From Pyrodictium abyssi (GTDB lineage Archaea; Thermoproteota; Thermoprotei_A; Sulfolobales; Pyrodictiaceae), in NCBI RefSeq assembly GCF_036323395.1, contig NZ_AP028907.1:60001-92000 (forward strand): DNA of 32,000 nucleotides, written 5' to 3'. Numbering within the stretch: position 1 is the stretch's first letter; every line of letters starts with the position of its first letter. Positions 1-8,156 of this stretch are shown one piece after another. The notes under the pieces are model-generated. The model ran no database searches and had not been told where the DNA came from. It saw nothing but the letters and a program-made list of their open reading frames with translations. A program made the position numbers and the translations under genes.

Positions 1-463
1 GGCGGCAAACCACTCCGTCTACTATGTCGCCGATGAGCGTGTATTTTACGCGGAGCGGTGAGAGGTAGCCGAGCACGATACCGTCTACGTGAACCATGAA
101 CTCGTAGGGTGCTGTAGCCCAGAAGCTACTACGCCCGCCCGGGACCACTAGCTGCTCCTCGAACTCTATGTAGAGGCAGTTGGATACCCGGGAGGGGGCG
201 TTGAGCGAGGGCACCGGGTCCAGCATGACGCTGCTGCCACGGGGCACCCGTGCCCTTATGCAGTTGTAGTCGTCGCACGCCTCGAGCGAGCCCTCCTCGC
301 TGAGACGCGCCCTTATCCTCCCATAGGTCAGCTCGCCGCCAGGCTCTAGTATGAGCCTGGCACCCGGCGGCGCTTCATCCCTCAAGCTGGTGCCCCTTCT
401 AGACCCAGGGCCGCCGGCTATATAGCCGCCTCTGACCACTCTCCGTACGCTAGACAGTACCAT
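1..463 (-). CDS. Partial hypothetical protein, possibly DUF432-like; runs off the left edge of the window
   Basis: Continuous minus-strand frame from ATG at 463: MVLSSVRRVVRGGYIAGGPGSRRGTSLRDEAPPGARLILEPGGELTYGRIRARVSEEGS...APYEFMVHVDGIVLGYLSPLRVKYTLIGDIVDGVVCR. It is absent from the ORF track because it has no stop in the window. The DUF432 assignment is from remembered family pattern only. Confidence 0.5.
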   Translation of the reverse strand, partial: MVLSSVRRVVRGGYIAGGPGSRRGTSLRDEAPPGARLILEPGGELTYGRIRARLSEEGSLEACDDYNCIRARVPRGSSVMLDPVPSLNAPSRVSNCLYIEFEEQLVVPGGRSSFWATAPYEFMVHVDGIVLGYLSPLRVKYTLIGDIVDGVVCR

Positions 464-530
464 TGCCTCTATACTCCCTCCGAAACGACGGCGGCGCCCT
501 GTATAGCTGCACGCCTCCCTGCACCACTAG

Positions 531-1166
531 GTGGGCCGCGCCGCTGGAACCAGGCTAATATACGCTAATGACGCTCCAGCAGGGCAGGAGCACAATCCCG
601 AGGGGCCGCGGAAGATGCAGCAGGGGCCACGCAGCACGGCAGCGCCTGCATTCGGGCTACGCGAAGCCGGGCCGCTCGGCGTGATAGGAGCCGCGGGGCT
701 CGCCGTGAGCGCTGCTGGCAACACGTTGTCGGGCAGCGCTATGGGTGCTGCTACCCTTGGCTGGCTCTTCACCAGCCTGGCAAGCGACGCGCTCGCGCAC
801 CGCCTGGGAGAGCGCCGTATACTGTACATGATGGCTGCATCGGGGCTTCTCTGGCTAGCCGGGATGGCGGCTCTACGGGTGGCTGTAAAGAGCCCAGGGC
901 CCAGCGCCTTAGCGGCCGCGCTACTGCTGGTAGCCGTCTCCGGCGTTACACGGTCCCGCGCCATAGCCGCGTCGAGCATACTAGCCGAGCGAGCCTCCAC
1001 CGTAGCCTCGCTAGCATGGCTTGTCTCCGGGCTACTGGGCCCGATGCTGCTGCTAGCCTACCACATAGCTGCGTCAAAGACCCTGCTAGCCGCCACGGCA
1101 CTCGTCCTCTCGGCCGGCCCCCTAGCCGAGGAGCTATTCTGGGCCAAGACGAGCCTTCAACGCTAA
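531..1166 (+). CDS. Hypothetical integral membrane protein
   Basis: 211-aa ORF with several hydrophobic segments (LAVSAAGNTLSGSAMGAATLGWLFTSLA, ALAAALLLVAVSGV, VASLAWLVSGLLGPMLLLAY). The true start may be downstream. Confidence 0.55.
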   Translation: MGRAAGTRLIYANDAPAGQEHNPEGPRKMQQGPRSTAAPAFGLREAGPLGVIGAAGLAVSAAGNTLSGSAMGAATLGWLFTSLASDALAHRLGERRILYMMAASGLLWLAGMAALRVAVKSPGPSALAAALLLVAVSGVTRSRAIAASSILAERASTVASLAWLVSGLLGPMLLLAYHIAASKTLLAATALVLSAGPLAEELFWAKTSLQR

Positions 1167-1195
1167 CAGCGTCCTCTCCGCCAGCCAGTAGCACC

Positions 1196-1477
1196 CTAGC
1201 TGGGCTCATTGCGGCCCAGAGACGCACGGAATATGTTATCACGCACTTGCTCTAGCAGGGATGCAGCCTGGCCAAGGAATACCTCAAGCTTATCCGAGAG
1301 CCAGCAGGTTTCAGACTGGAGACGCTCTCTAACCGCCCTCAGCCTCTGGAGGGCGGAGTCTATGTAGCCGAGCGCCACTTCACTGTCGCCGGATGCCAGA
1401 GCTTTTCTAGCGCGGGCCACTAGCTCCCTTAGGGATGCTAGCTCCTCTGCAATACCCTCCTCTGCTAGGACTGCCAT
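1196..1477 (-). CDS. Small charged, helical hypothetical protein
   Basis: The C-terminal part of the 165-aa ORF has protein-like character from MAVLAEEGIAEELASLRELVARARKALASGDSEVALGYIDSALQRLRAV. The longer N-terminal part looks non-coding. Confidence 0.45.
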   Translation of the reverse strand: MAVLAEEGIAEELASLRELVARARKALASGDSEVALGYIDSALQRLRAVRERLQSETCWLSDKLEVFLGQAASLLEQVRDNIFRASLGRNEPS

Positions 1478-1723
1478 CCTCCAGGCTGTGGAGATAAGCG
1501 AGTATACTAGCGATAACGCACCCTTCCCACGCGGCATGGGTACCCGCCCGGGGGCGCGGACAATCCAGTTCACCTGCCAGCATGACGTGGTAGTGTAGTA
1601 GCGTAGGGTGCCGCGGCTCCGCCAGGCTGCACATAGGAGCCGAGCCTTAACCCTCCCCCACAGGAGCGTAGGGCCCCGTACAAAACCGTTCATGAGGCAT
1701 CCTGGGGCAGGCCCTACTCTGGT

Positions 1724-2080
1724 CTAGTCTTCTCCGCCACTCACATGTATGAGCAGAAGCACAAGCAGCAAGAAGGCTAGGGTACGCTGCGAGTGTATCA
1801 TCCGCGCCACCAGCTTAGCTCTACGGCTACGGTAGTACCTCATCACCATCCCGCTGATAGCGAGCAACAGTATTAGCGCCACAGCCCCGTACTCTCCCAG
1901 GCCAGCCCTGTCCATGAACGTGAACCCGTGCCAAAGAGCTGATATAGTCAACACCATGTTGCCGTCCATGTGGAGCTCTAGCGCAAGCCTCTGCAGCCCT
2001 GGCGGGACGCTGACCACGAATCGCGCCCACCGTATAGCTACGAAGCCCAGGTTGAGCAGGAGGCCCAGGTAGAACGCCAC
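1724..2080 (-). CDS. Four-helix membrane protein with paired histidines (b-type-cytochrome-like); probably the C-terminal part of a larger interrupted gene
   Basis: 118-aa ORF with about 4 TM segments. Histidines at 37, 51, 96 and 112 (LELH-x13-H and MIH-x15-H) sit in helices 2 and 4. Confidence 0.6.
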   Translation of the reverse strand: MAFYLGLLLNLGFVAIRWARFVVSVPPGLQRLALELHMDGNMVLTISALWHGFTFMDRAGLGEYGAVALILLLAISGMVMRYYRSRRAKLVARMIHSQRTLAFLLLVLLLIHVSGGED

Positions 2081-2398
2081 CTTGCCGAGAGCTTCCGCAA
2101 GGTCATTCTCCTCCTCGTCTTCCTCTCCCCCATTTAGCTCGTCTTCATCCTCGCCGTCATCACCATATCCTACACCAGTTTTGCAGCCGGAGCCCCATTC
2201 CTCGTAATCACCGTTGAGGTCGTCCCCTCTGCTATAGCTGCTACCCTCGGGTAGAGACTTGCTAATCGTACCCGTGTCTTCCGCGTATGTCTTGTCTTCA
2301 TAAATCTCCTAAAGGAGCCGGGAGGGCTAGCCGACCCCGCCGAATACGCAGGTGCACTAGTACCATCAACAACAGTTGCGGTAGACAACGCTACGGCT

Positions 2399-2605
2399 TC
2401 ACCGTCGTACTCCTCGTACGTCTCGTCCTCCTCTTCTTCCCCCGTTTGCTAGAGCCGGCGTCATAGCGGAGATCATGAAGACCATAAGGAGCATAATCAT
2501 TATTGCTACGGTGTATTTGCCTACACTGCTTGTCAGCAGTTTTTCCGACACCACTGTGTCCACCACGGGTATCGTTCCTTGCAGTTGGCCCCATCCTGCT
2601 CCCAT
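2399..2605 (-). CDS. Small ORF with signal peptide or TM segment; probable 5' portion of the interrupted gene that ends at 1724
   Basis: KYTVAIMIMLLMVFMISAMTPALANG resembles a signal peptide. The frame breaks at a G5 run (plus-strand ccccc, 2439-2443). Confidence 0.4.
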   Translation of the reverse strand: MGAGWGQLQGTIPVVDTVVSEKLLTSSVGKYTVAIMIMLLMVFMISAMTPALANGGRRGGRDVRGVRR

Positions 2606-2721
2606 GAGCCTTAGCGTTTTCGGTCCCTACAACATTGCATGTGTATAGCGTATGACGCATTCTATCACCATACACTGCTTTCAGCCATATTCTTACACGT
2701 CTAGTATAGCGTTGATTACAT

Positions 2722-2758
2722 CTTATAATCTGGTTATATGAATACTTATAACCTGGTT
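2722..2758 (+). promoter_or_regulatory. thi4 promoter region with two near-identical 14-bp direct repeats that include TATA-like cores
   Basis: CTTATAATCTGGTT (2722-2735) and CTTATAACCTGGTT (2745-2758) differ at one position, are offset by 23 bp, and end 19 bp before the GTG start at 2778. Confidence 0.55.
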
Positions 2759-2777
2759 CTCAAGCGCTAGTCTTACG

Positions 2778-3644
2778 GTGTCCCGCAGCTTGGCCAGGGC
2801 AAGCTTCTATCCCCGTGAGCTAGAGAGGCTGTACAGCGAGGCCGAGCTAGCCAGGATAGCGCTCCGGGTTGCGCTCGAGAAGCTCAGCTACGCAGTCGAG
2901 GCGGACGTAGCGATAGCTGGTGCTGGCCCGGCCGGGCTTACGCTCGCCTGGCTCCTTGCTGAGCAGGGGCTACGCGTGACCCTGGTAGAGCACAGGCTGA
3001 GCACCGGGGGCGGGATGAGGGGTGGCTCGATGCTCTTCCCGGTAGCGCTTGTCGAGGAGGGCCTCGCAGCCGTCGTGCTGGAGAAGGCTGGGGTACGTCT
3101 ACGCCGTGTAGGCGAGGGCCTCTACGCCATGGACCCCACCGAGGCTGCGGCTAAGCTTACTGCCCGCGCGGTAGACGCTGGCGCCATAGTGCTCCCCGGG
3201 CTCCACGTAGAGGACCTCATAGTCCGCGGCAGCGGCAGCAGCGTGCGCGTCGCCGGCCTAGTGGTGAACTGGGCACCAGTGGTCGAGGCTGGGTGGCACG
3301 TGGACCCGCTGTACATCGAGGCGCGTGCTGTCGTGGACGCTACCGGGCATGACGCGCAGCTGGCCCGTCTGCTGGAGAAGCGGCTCCCCGGCAGCCTAAG
3401 GGTCCCCGGCATGTCGAACCTCGACGTGTGGACCGGGGAGCGCCAGATCGTGGAGTACACGGGCGAGGTGTTCCCAGGGCTCTACGCGGCCGGTATGTCG
3501 GTGGCTGAGGTCTACAATCTGCGCCGTATGGGTCCGGTGTTCGGCGGGATGATAGCCTCTGCCGCGAAGCTGGCAGAGATCCTCGCCGAGAGGCTCGCTG
3601 GCAAGAAGATAGGGATAGCCGCAGAGGTGGCTGGCAGTGGCTAG
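2778..3644 (+). CDS. thi4: Thiamine thiazole synthase / ribose 1,5-bisphosphate isomerase family (Thi4)
   Basis: FAD/NAD-binding ADVAIAGAGPAGLTLAWLLAEQG; STGGGMRGGSMLFP; GWHVDPLYIEARAVVDATGHDA; PGLYAAGMSVAEVYNLRRMGPVFGGMIASA. Confidence 0.93.
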   Translation: MSRSLARASFYPRELERLYSEAELARIALRVALEKLSYAVEADVAIAGAGPAGLTLAWLLAEQGLRVTLVEHRLSTGGGMRGGSMLFPVALVEEGLAAVVLEKAGVRLRRVGEGLYAMDPTEAAAKLTARAVDAGAIVLPGLHVEDLIVRGSGSSVRVAGLVVNWAPVVEAGWHVDPLYIEARAVVDATGHDAQLARLLEKRLPGSLRVPGMSNLDVWTGERQIVEYTGEVFPGLYAAGMSVAEVYNLRRMGPVFGGMIASAAKLAEILAERLAGKKIGIAAEVAGSG

Positions 3645-5013
3645 GACGATAATGCAGGCTGCCCGGAGCGGCAGCACGCCAGAGGAGCTGGAGGCGCTGT
3701 CCAAGTCCGAGGGCCTGCCCGTTGAGAAGCTGCGTGCAAGACTAGCGGAGGGCAGGATAGCGGTCCTCCGGAACGTCCGTCGGCTCGGCAGGGTCCGGAT
3801 AGTCGGCGTCGGGGAGGGGCTCTTCACCAAGGTTAACGTGAACATCGGCACCAGCGGCACGGTTATCGACGTGGAGATGGAGGCTGAGAAGGCCCGTATA
3901 GCGGTGCGCTACGGCAGCGACACTGTCATGGACCTCAGCATGGGCGGGCCCCTGGACGAGATACGGCGCCGCCTCATGCGGGAGTCTGAGCCGCTCCCCC
4001 TAGGCACGGTGCCGACCTACCAGGCCTGGGTCGAGGGCATCCAGCGCTACGGCGGCCTCACGATGCCCAGCGACTGGTTTATAGAGGTCGTGGAGAGGCA
4101 GCTCCGGGACGGCGTAGACTACATGACTATACACGCCGCGTTGTCCCGGGAGCTGGCCGAGAAGGCTCTGAGGAGTAGCAGGGTTATACCGATAAACAGC
4201 CGTGGCGGCGCCCTCCTCGCGGCCTGGATGCTCGAGAACCGGGAGGAGAACCCCTACCGCCAGCACTGGAGCTACCTCCTAGAGCTCTTCGCCGAGTACG
4301 ACGCCGTGATAAGCGTGGGCGACAGCCTCCGGCCTGGCACCCTGGCAGACCAGCACGACGAGCTACAAGTCGCAGAGCTGATAGAGGCCGCGCGGCTCGT
4401 GGAGAGCGCCCGCAGGGCAGGAGTGCAGGCTATAGTCGAAGGCCCCGGCCACATGACCCTCGACCAGATACCCGTCAACGTCAGGCTGATGAAGACTCTG
4501 ACACGGGGCGCCCCATACTACGTGCTAGGCCCCCTGCCGACGGACACAGCGATGGGCTACGACCACATAGCCCTAGCGATAGGCGGAGCCCTCGCCGCGG
4601 CCAGCGGCGCCGACTTCCTATGCTACGTGACGCCCGCTGAGCACCTCAGCCTGCCGACCCCCGAGCAGGTGAAGGAGGGCCTCATAGCGGCGCGGATAGC
4701 GGCCCACGTGGCTGATATAGCCAAGTATGGGGCCCGGGCGGCCCGCCGGGACGCCGAGCTAAGCCTCCTACGGGCCCGGCTCGAGTGGGACCGTATGTGG
4801 AGCTACGCGCCCGACCCGGAGCACGCCAAGAGGATATACAGCCAGTTCCCGGCAGCCACCAAGGCCTGCAACATGTGCGGCCAGTACTGCGCCTGCATGA
4901 TAATAGACCGGCTCAGCAGGGGCCGGCCCAAGCCGACGCTCCAGCAGCTACTAGAGCGGCTAGGAGACGGCGACGGCGCAGCGAAGCTGGTGGAGCAGCT
5001 CACAGCGCCCTAG
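3637..5013 (+). CDS. thiC: Phosphomethylpyrimidine synthase ThiC
   Basis: VNVNIGTSG, DLSMGG, PVNVRLMKTLTRGAPYYVLGPLPTDTAMGYDHIALAIGGALAAASGADFLCYVTPAEHLSLP and the C-terminal CNMCGQYC cluster region. Overlaps the thi4 end by 8 nt. Confidence 0.95.
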   Translation: MARTIMQAARSGSTPEELEALSKSEGLPVEKLRARLAEGRIAVLRNVRRLGRVRIVGVGEGLFTKVNVNIGTSGTVIDVEMEAEKARIAVRYGSDTVMDLSMGGPLDEIRRRLMRESEPLPLGTVPTYQAWVEGIQRYGGLTMPSDWFIEVVERQLRDGVDYMTIHAALSRELAEKALRSSRVIPINSRGGALLAAWMLENREENPYRQHWSYLLELFAEYDAVISVGDSLRPGTLADQHDELQVAELIEAARLVESARRAGVQAIVEGPGHMTLDQIPVNVRLMKTLTRGAPYYVLGPLPTDTAMGYDHIALAIGGALAAASGADFLCYVTPAEHLSLPTPEQVKEGLIAARIAAHVADIAKYGARAARRDAELSLLRARLEWDRMWSYAPDPEHAKRIYSQFPAATKACNMCGQYCACMIIDRLSRGRPKPTLQQLLERLGDGDGAAKLVEQLTAP

Positions 5014-5151
5014 GCCTCAGCTGTGCCGGCTACCATGCCCATCTGCTTTCACGTCTCCTAGTCTCCAGGGCTGGTAAGAGTCCTCCGGGAAGCCCAGGGG
5101 TCCTGCCGGCTCCCAGGGCCTTGCTAGCTCTTATAGCAGGCGGCGCCCGGG

Positions 5152-6246
5152 GTGCTGTGGCCCCTGGGCAAGGGGGCTGTGGCGACGCGGCTCTACTACG
5201 CGCTGCTTAGTGGGTTCCACGCCTCGCTTCCTGCCGCCGAGCTCCGCGGCATCCTGGAGGCGCTGGGCTACCAGTACCGGTTCGTGGAGGAGCTTGACCA
5301 GCTCGTGCTATTCAAGTGCAGCTGCGGGAGCGTGAAGCGCGTCGCGTGGAGGGCTGGCCTCGTCCACGAGTCGGGCAGGGTGCTGGCTGTCGCGGAGGCG
5401 CGGCTAGGCGACGTGCTCGAGGCGCTAGAGTACGTGGACTGGTGCAGCGTCGCCGGCCCCGGCGACCGGGTGCGTGTCGAGCTGCACCGCGTCCGCGGCT
5501 ACGCCCGCTCCACTGTGCCCGACGACGCGGCGCGGCAGGTAGCCCGGCGGCTCGGCTCTCTCCTCCGCCCCTGCGGCGCCTCCGCCGCGGCCCGCGAGCC
5601 CACCAAGACCGTTAGGGTCCTTGTCTCGGAGGGTGTGGCCGTCATAGGGCTCCGGGAGAGCGTGCAGCCCAAGAAGCTGCTCGACCAGCACCGGCCGCAG
5701 CGCCGTCCCTTCTTCCACCCGGGCAGCCTAGACCCCCGGCTCGCCCGGCTCTTCGTCAACCTCTCTCGCGCCGCTGCGCCCGGGCCGTACCTGGACCCGT
5801 TCTGCGGCACCGGGGGCTTCGCCCTAGAGGCCCAGACCCTCGGCATCCAAACGCTCTGCGGGGAGCTGGCCGGGCGCCTCGTCAACGGCGCCTGGAGGAA
5901 CCTCTGCGCCTACCCCATGGAGGCCCTCACCACGACAGTCCACTGGGATGCTACCCGGCTCCCCCTGAGGGACAGGAGCGTACAGAGCATTGGGACTGAC
6001 CCGCCCTATGGCCGGAGCGTGTCGCTGCGCGGCAAGCCCCTCGAGGAGCTGCTTGAGGGCTTCTTGGCCGAGGCAGCCCGGGTCATGAGGCCAGGCGCCT
6101 TCCTCGCCTACGCTGCGCCGCACTGGGCTGAGGAGAGGGCCGTGGAGTACACGGAGAGGGCTGGGCTCCGGCTCGTCGAGAAACACTACATGAGGGTCCA
6201 CGGCAGCCTGACGAGGGTAATAGTGGTCGCCAGAGCCCCGGGATGA
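5152..6246 (+). CDS. tRNA (guanine-10-N2)-methyltransferase-like class I SAM methyltransferase (Trm-G10/Trm11 family)
   Basis: RPFFHPGSLDPRLARLFVNLSRAAAPGPYLDPFCGTGGFALEA and the catalytic TDPPYG motif, with a THUMP-like N-terminal region. Confidence 0.82.
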   Translation: MLWPLGKGAVATRLYYALLSGFHASLPAAELRGILEALGYQYRFVEELDQLVLFKCSCGSVKRVAWRAGLVHESGRVLAVAEARLGDVLEALEYVDWCSVAGPGDRVRVELHRVRGYARSTVPDDAARQVARRLGSLLRPCGASAAAREPTKTVRVLVSEGVAVIGLRESVQPKKLLDQHRPQRRPFFHPGSLDPRLARLFVNLSRAAAPGPYLDPFCGTGGFALEAQTLGIQTLCGELAGRLVNGAWRNLCAYPMEALTTTVHWDATRLPLRDRSVQSIGTDPPYGRSVSLRGKPLEELLEGFLAEAARVMRPGAFLAYAAPHWAEERAVEYTERAGLRLVEKHYMRVHGSLTRVIVVARAPG

Positions 6247-6321
6247 GGAGCCACCCTGCTCTGCTACGGCTCCTCCGCTGCGCCGCCTTCTGCCCCGGGG
6301 GGTCTGGGGGGCGGCTGGCCT

Positions 6322-7227
6322 CTAGGCGATGCTCACCAGGGCTAGCGCCTCGAGGAGGCCTATTGGCGTCGAGATCGCCATACTAGATGCTACTAGGCGC
6401 TCGTCGAGCCCGTAGTAGCGGGCGAACACTATGTTCATAGTCGCGGGCGGCATCACGGACTCTAGTAGCACTGATTCGAGGCCCCAGCCTTCTAGCCCCA
6501 GGGGCACTGCTAGGAGGACGTGGATCAGCGGGCTCAGGAGGTGCCTCCAGGCCAGTACCGCTGCCTCGCCGGAGCCGAGGCGAGGCGGCCACGCTGCCGC
6601 TACGCCTGCGCCCACCAGGTAGAAGCTGAGGAGCGTAGACTCTGCTGCTATCCTCCTAGCGAGTTCTACGACCGGCGGCACGGCGTGGCCAGCGAGCAGC
6701 GGTGCTGCCGCTATGCCTGCTAGGAGCCCGTAGAAGGGCGGGTACCTGGCTATGATTCTCCCCACGCCCACGCTGCCGCCGCAGCTGCCTGCTACGAACG
6801 GCACTGCTACCGCGACCGCTAGGTTGTAGGAGAGGCTATACGCCATCACGTGGTCCACGTCCCTGCCCATGAGGAGGGCTAGCGGCACCGGGATGAATAT
6901 GGAGTTCTGCACAACACTAGCCAGGACCACAGCGGCGGCTCTGCCGCAGCTCCAGCCGAGCCTGGCAGCAGCGCGCCTCGATGCAGCATATGCGAGAACG
7001 AAGCCGGCCACCATGTACGCTATGCCTACAGCTGCTACCCCGGCTAGCTGCGAGTAACGGGGCATGCTCACGGCCACTGTGTACCAGGTGAGCACCGGGA
7101 TTGAGAACGCTATGAGGAACCTCGAGACCGCAGAGGCGAGGGGCGCCTGGCCCCAGCGCCGGGTAGCGAGAGCCCCCAGAGCTGTGAGGACCACTGCTGC
7201 CACCAGCCTAGCCAGCGCCGTCGACAA
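6322..7227 (-). CDS. Auxin efflux carrier (AEC) family permease
   Basis: 301 aa, about 10 hydrophobic segments; SVVQNSIFIPVPLALLMG and VMPPATMNIVFARYYGLDERLVASSMAISTPIGLL are typical of AEC transporters. Confidence 0.75.
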   Translation of the reverse strand: MSTALARLVAAVVLTALGALATRRWGQAPLASAVSRFLIAFSIPVLTWYTVAVSMPRYSQLAGVAAVGIAYMVAGFVLAYAASRRAAARLGWSCGRAAAVVLASVVQNSIFIPVPLALLMGRDVDHVMAYSLSYNLAVAVAVPFVAGSCGGSVGVGRIIARYPPFYGLLAGIAAAPLLAGHAVPPVVELARRIAAESTLLSFYLVGAGVAAAWPPRLGSGEAAVLAWRHLLSPLIHVLLAVPLGLEGWGLESVLLESVMPPATMNIVFARYYGLDERLVASSMAISTPIGLLEALALVSIA

Positions 7228-7448
7228 GACGCTGCAGCCCCCGGGCTGGAGGCCCGCCTTACAGCCGGTGCCGCGTCAACGCCGGGAGCCGTGGTGCGCG
7301 CCTACAAGCTGTTTATAGCATTCCCACCGTGCCCCCACTTTCTCCCGGAGGCAGGCGCACTCAGCTGTAACCATTGCTGGCGCTGAACAGCCCTGAGGAC
7401 CGCTGGCACAAAGGCCGCTATCGGCAGGATTATGCTGTAAAGTGTAGG

Positions 7449-7919
7449 CTATGCTATAAGAGCCTTGAGCCGGGCTAGGGCCTCTTGGTGCCGGGGACTC
7501 CAGGCCTTCCTCTCCTCTAGGATGGGCTTCAGCCTCCTCTCTAGAAGGTCGACTATCGCCTTTGCTAGCAGTATAATGTCCTTTGCTGCCTCCTCTCTCC
7601 GAGTGTACTTGCTCAGCTCCGCCTCGGGGTCTGGGCCATGGTACTGGTAGTCGTGGAGGCTTAGCGCCGTGCTGGTAGCCTGGCTGAAGCCAGTGTACCC
7701 CACATCCTCTAGCAGCTGGCCGGGCGCCTTCAGCCTAGTGCTAGGCACCCTGGGGATACCCTTCTCCATTAGCCGTTTCCTCTCCTTCTCGCCCAGCTTC
7801 TCCAGTATCCTGTCCCGCTCGAGGGCCGGCAGCGCCCCGGTTAGCGCCCGCCACGCCTGGAACGCCTTACCCGCAGCACTCCTCGTAAAGCCCCGGCCGA
7901 GGAACCTCAGCGCCAGCAT
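7449..7919 (-). CDS. PaREP1-family protein; in-frame homologous sequence extends upstream to about 8009 without a start codon
   Basis: SAAGKAFQAWRALTGAL...KGIPRVPSTRLKAPGQLLEDVGYTGFSQATSTALSLHDYQYHGPDPEAELSKYTRREEAAKDIILL. Paralog at 21407-21980. Confidence 0.75.
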   Translation of the reverse strand: MLALRFLGRGFTRSAAGKAFQAWRALTGALPALERDRILEKLGEKERKRLMEKGIPRVPSTRLKAPGQLLEDVGYTGFSQATSTALSLHDYQYHGPDPEAELSKYTRREEAAKDIILLAKAIVDLLERRLKPILEERKAWSPRHQEALARLKALIA

Positions 7920-8156
7920 CGATTCCAGTAGGGCTTCTAACGCGCGAGCCGAGGCATAGTCTTCAAGGCTCCTCCTGGGCTTGGGTACCGGCTGTTCTAG
8001 AAGATTCCGCTATGCTCGTCAACCCGTGTAGCCCCTAGCGAGACAGTAGAGGGCCCATGCTATAGGGTCAGCAGCAGAGCAGCCAAGCCCTAGGAGACGC
8101 GATAGGGGAAGAGAAATAGACTCCATGGGGCACGAGGCCCACCGGGCAGAGGGGCC

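Noticed and set aside
527-1000. 157-aa minus-strand ORF overlapping 531-1166
   Set aside because: Antisense shadow of a more protein-like membrane ORF; composition (Ser/Pro/Ala/Arg) typical of spurious high-GC frames.
2170-2388. 72-aa minus-strand ORF MSTATVVDGTSAPAY...
   Set aside because: Its first part is probably the middle segment of the interrupted acidic gene; after GSFRRF the frame reads Arg/Thr-rich non-coding-like sequence, so it is not a standalone gene.
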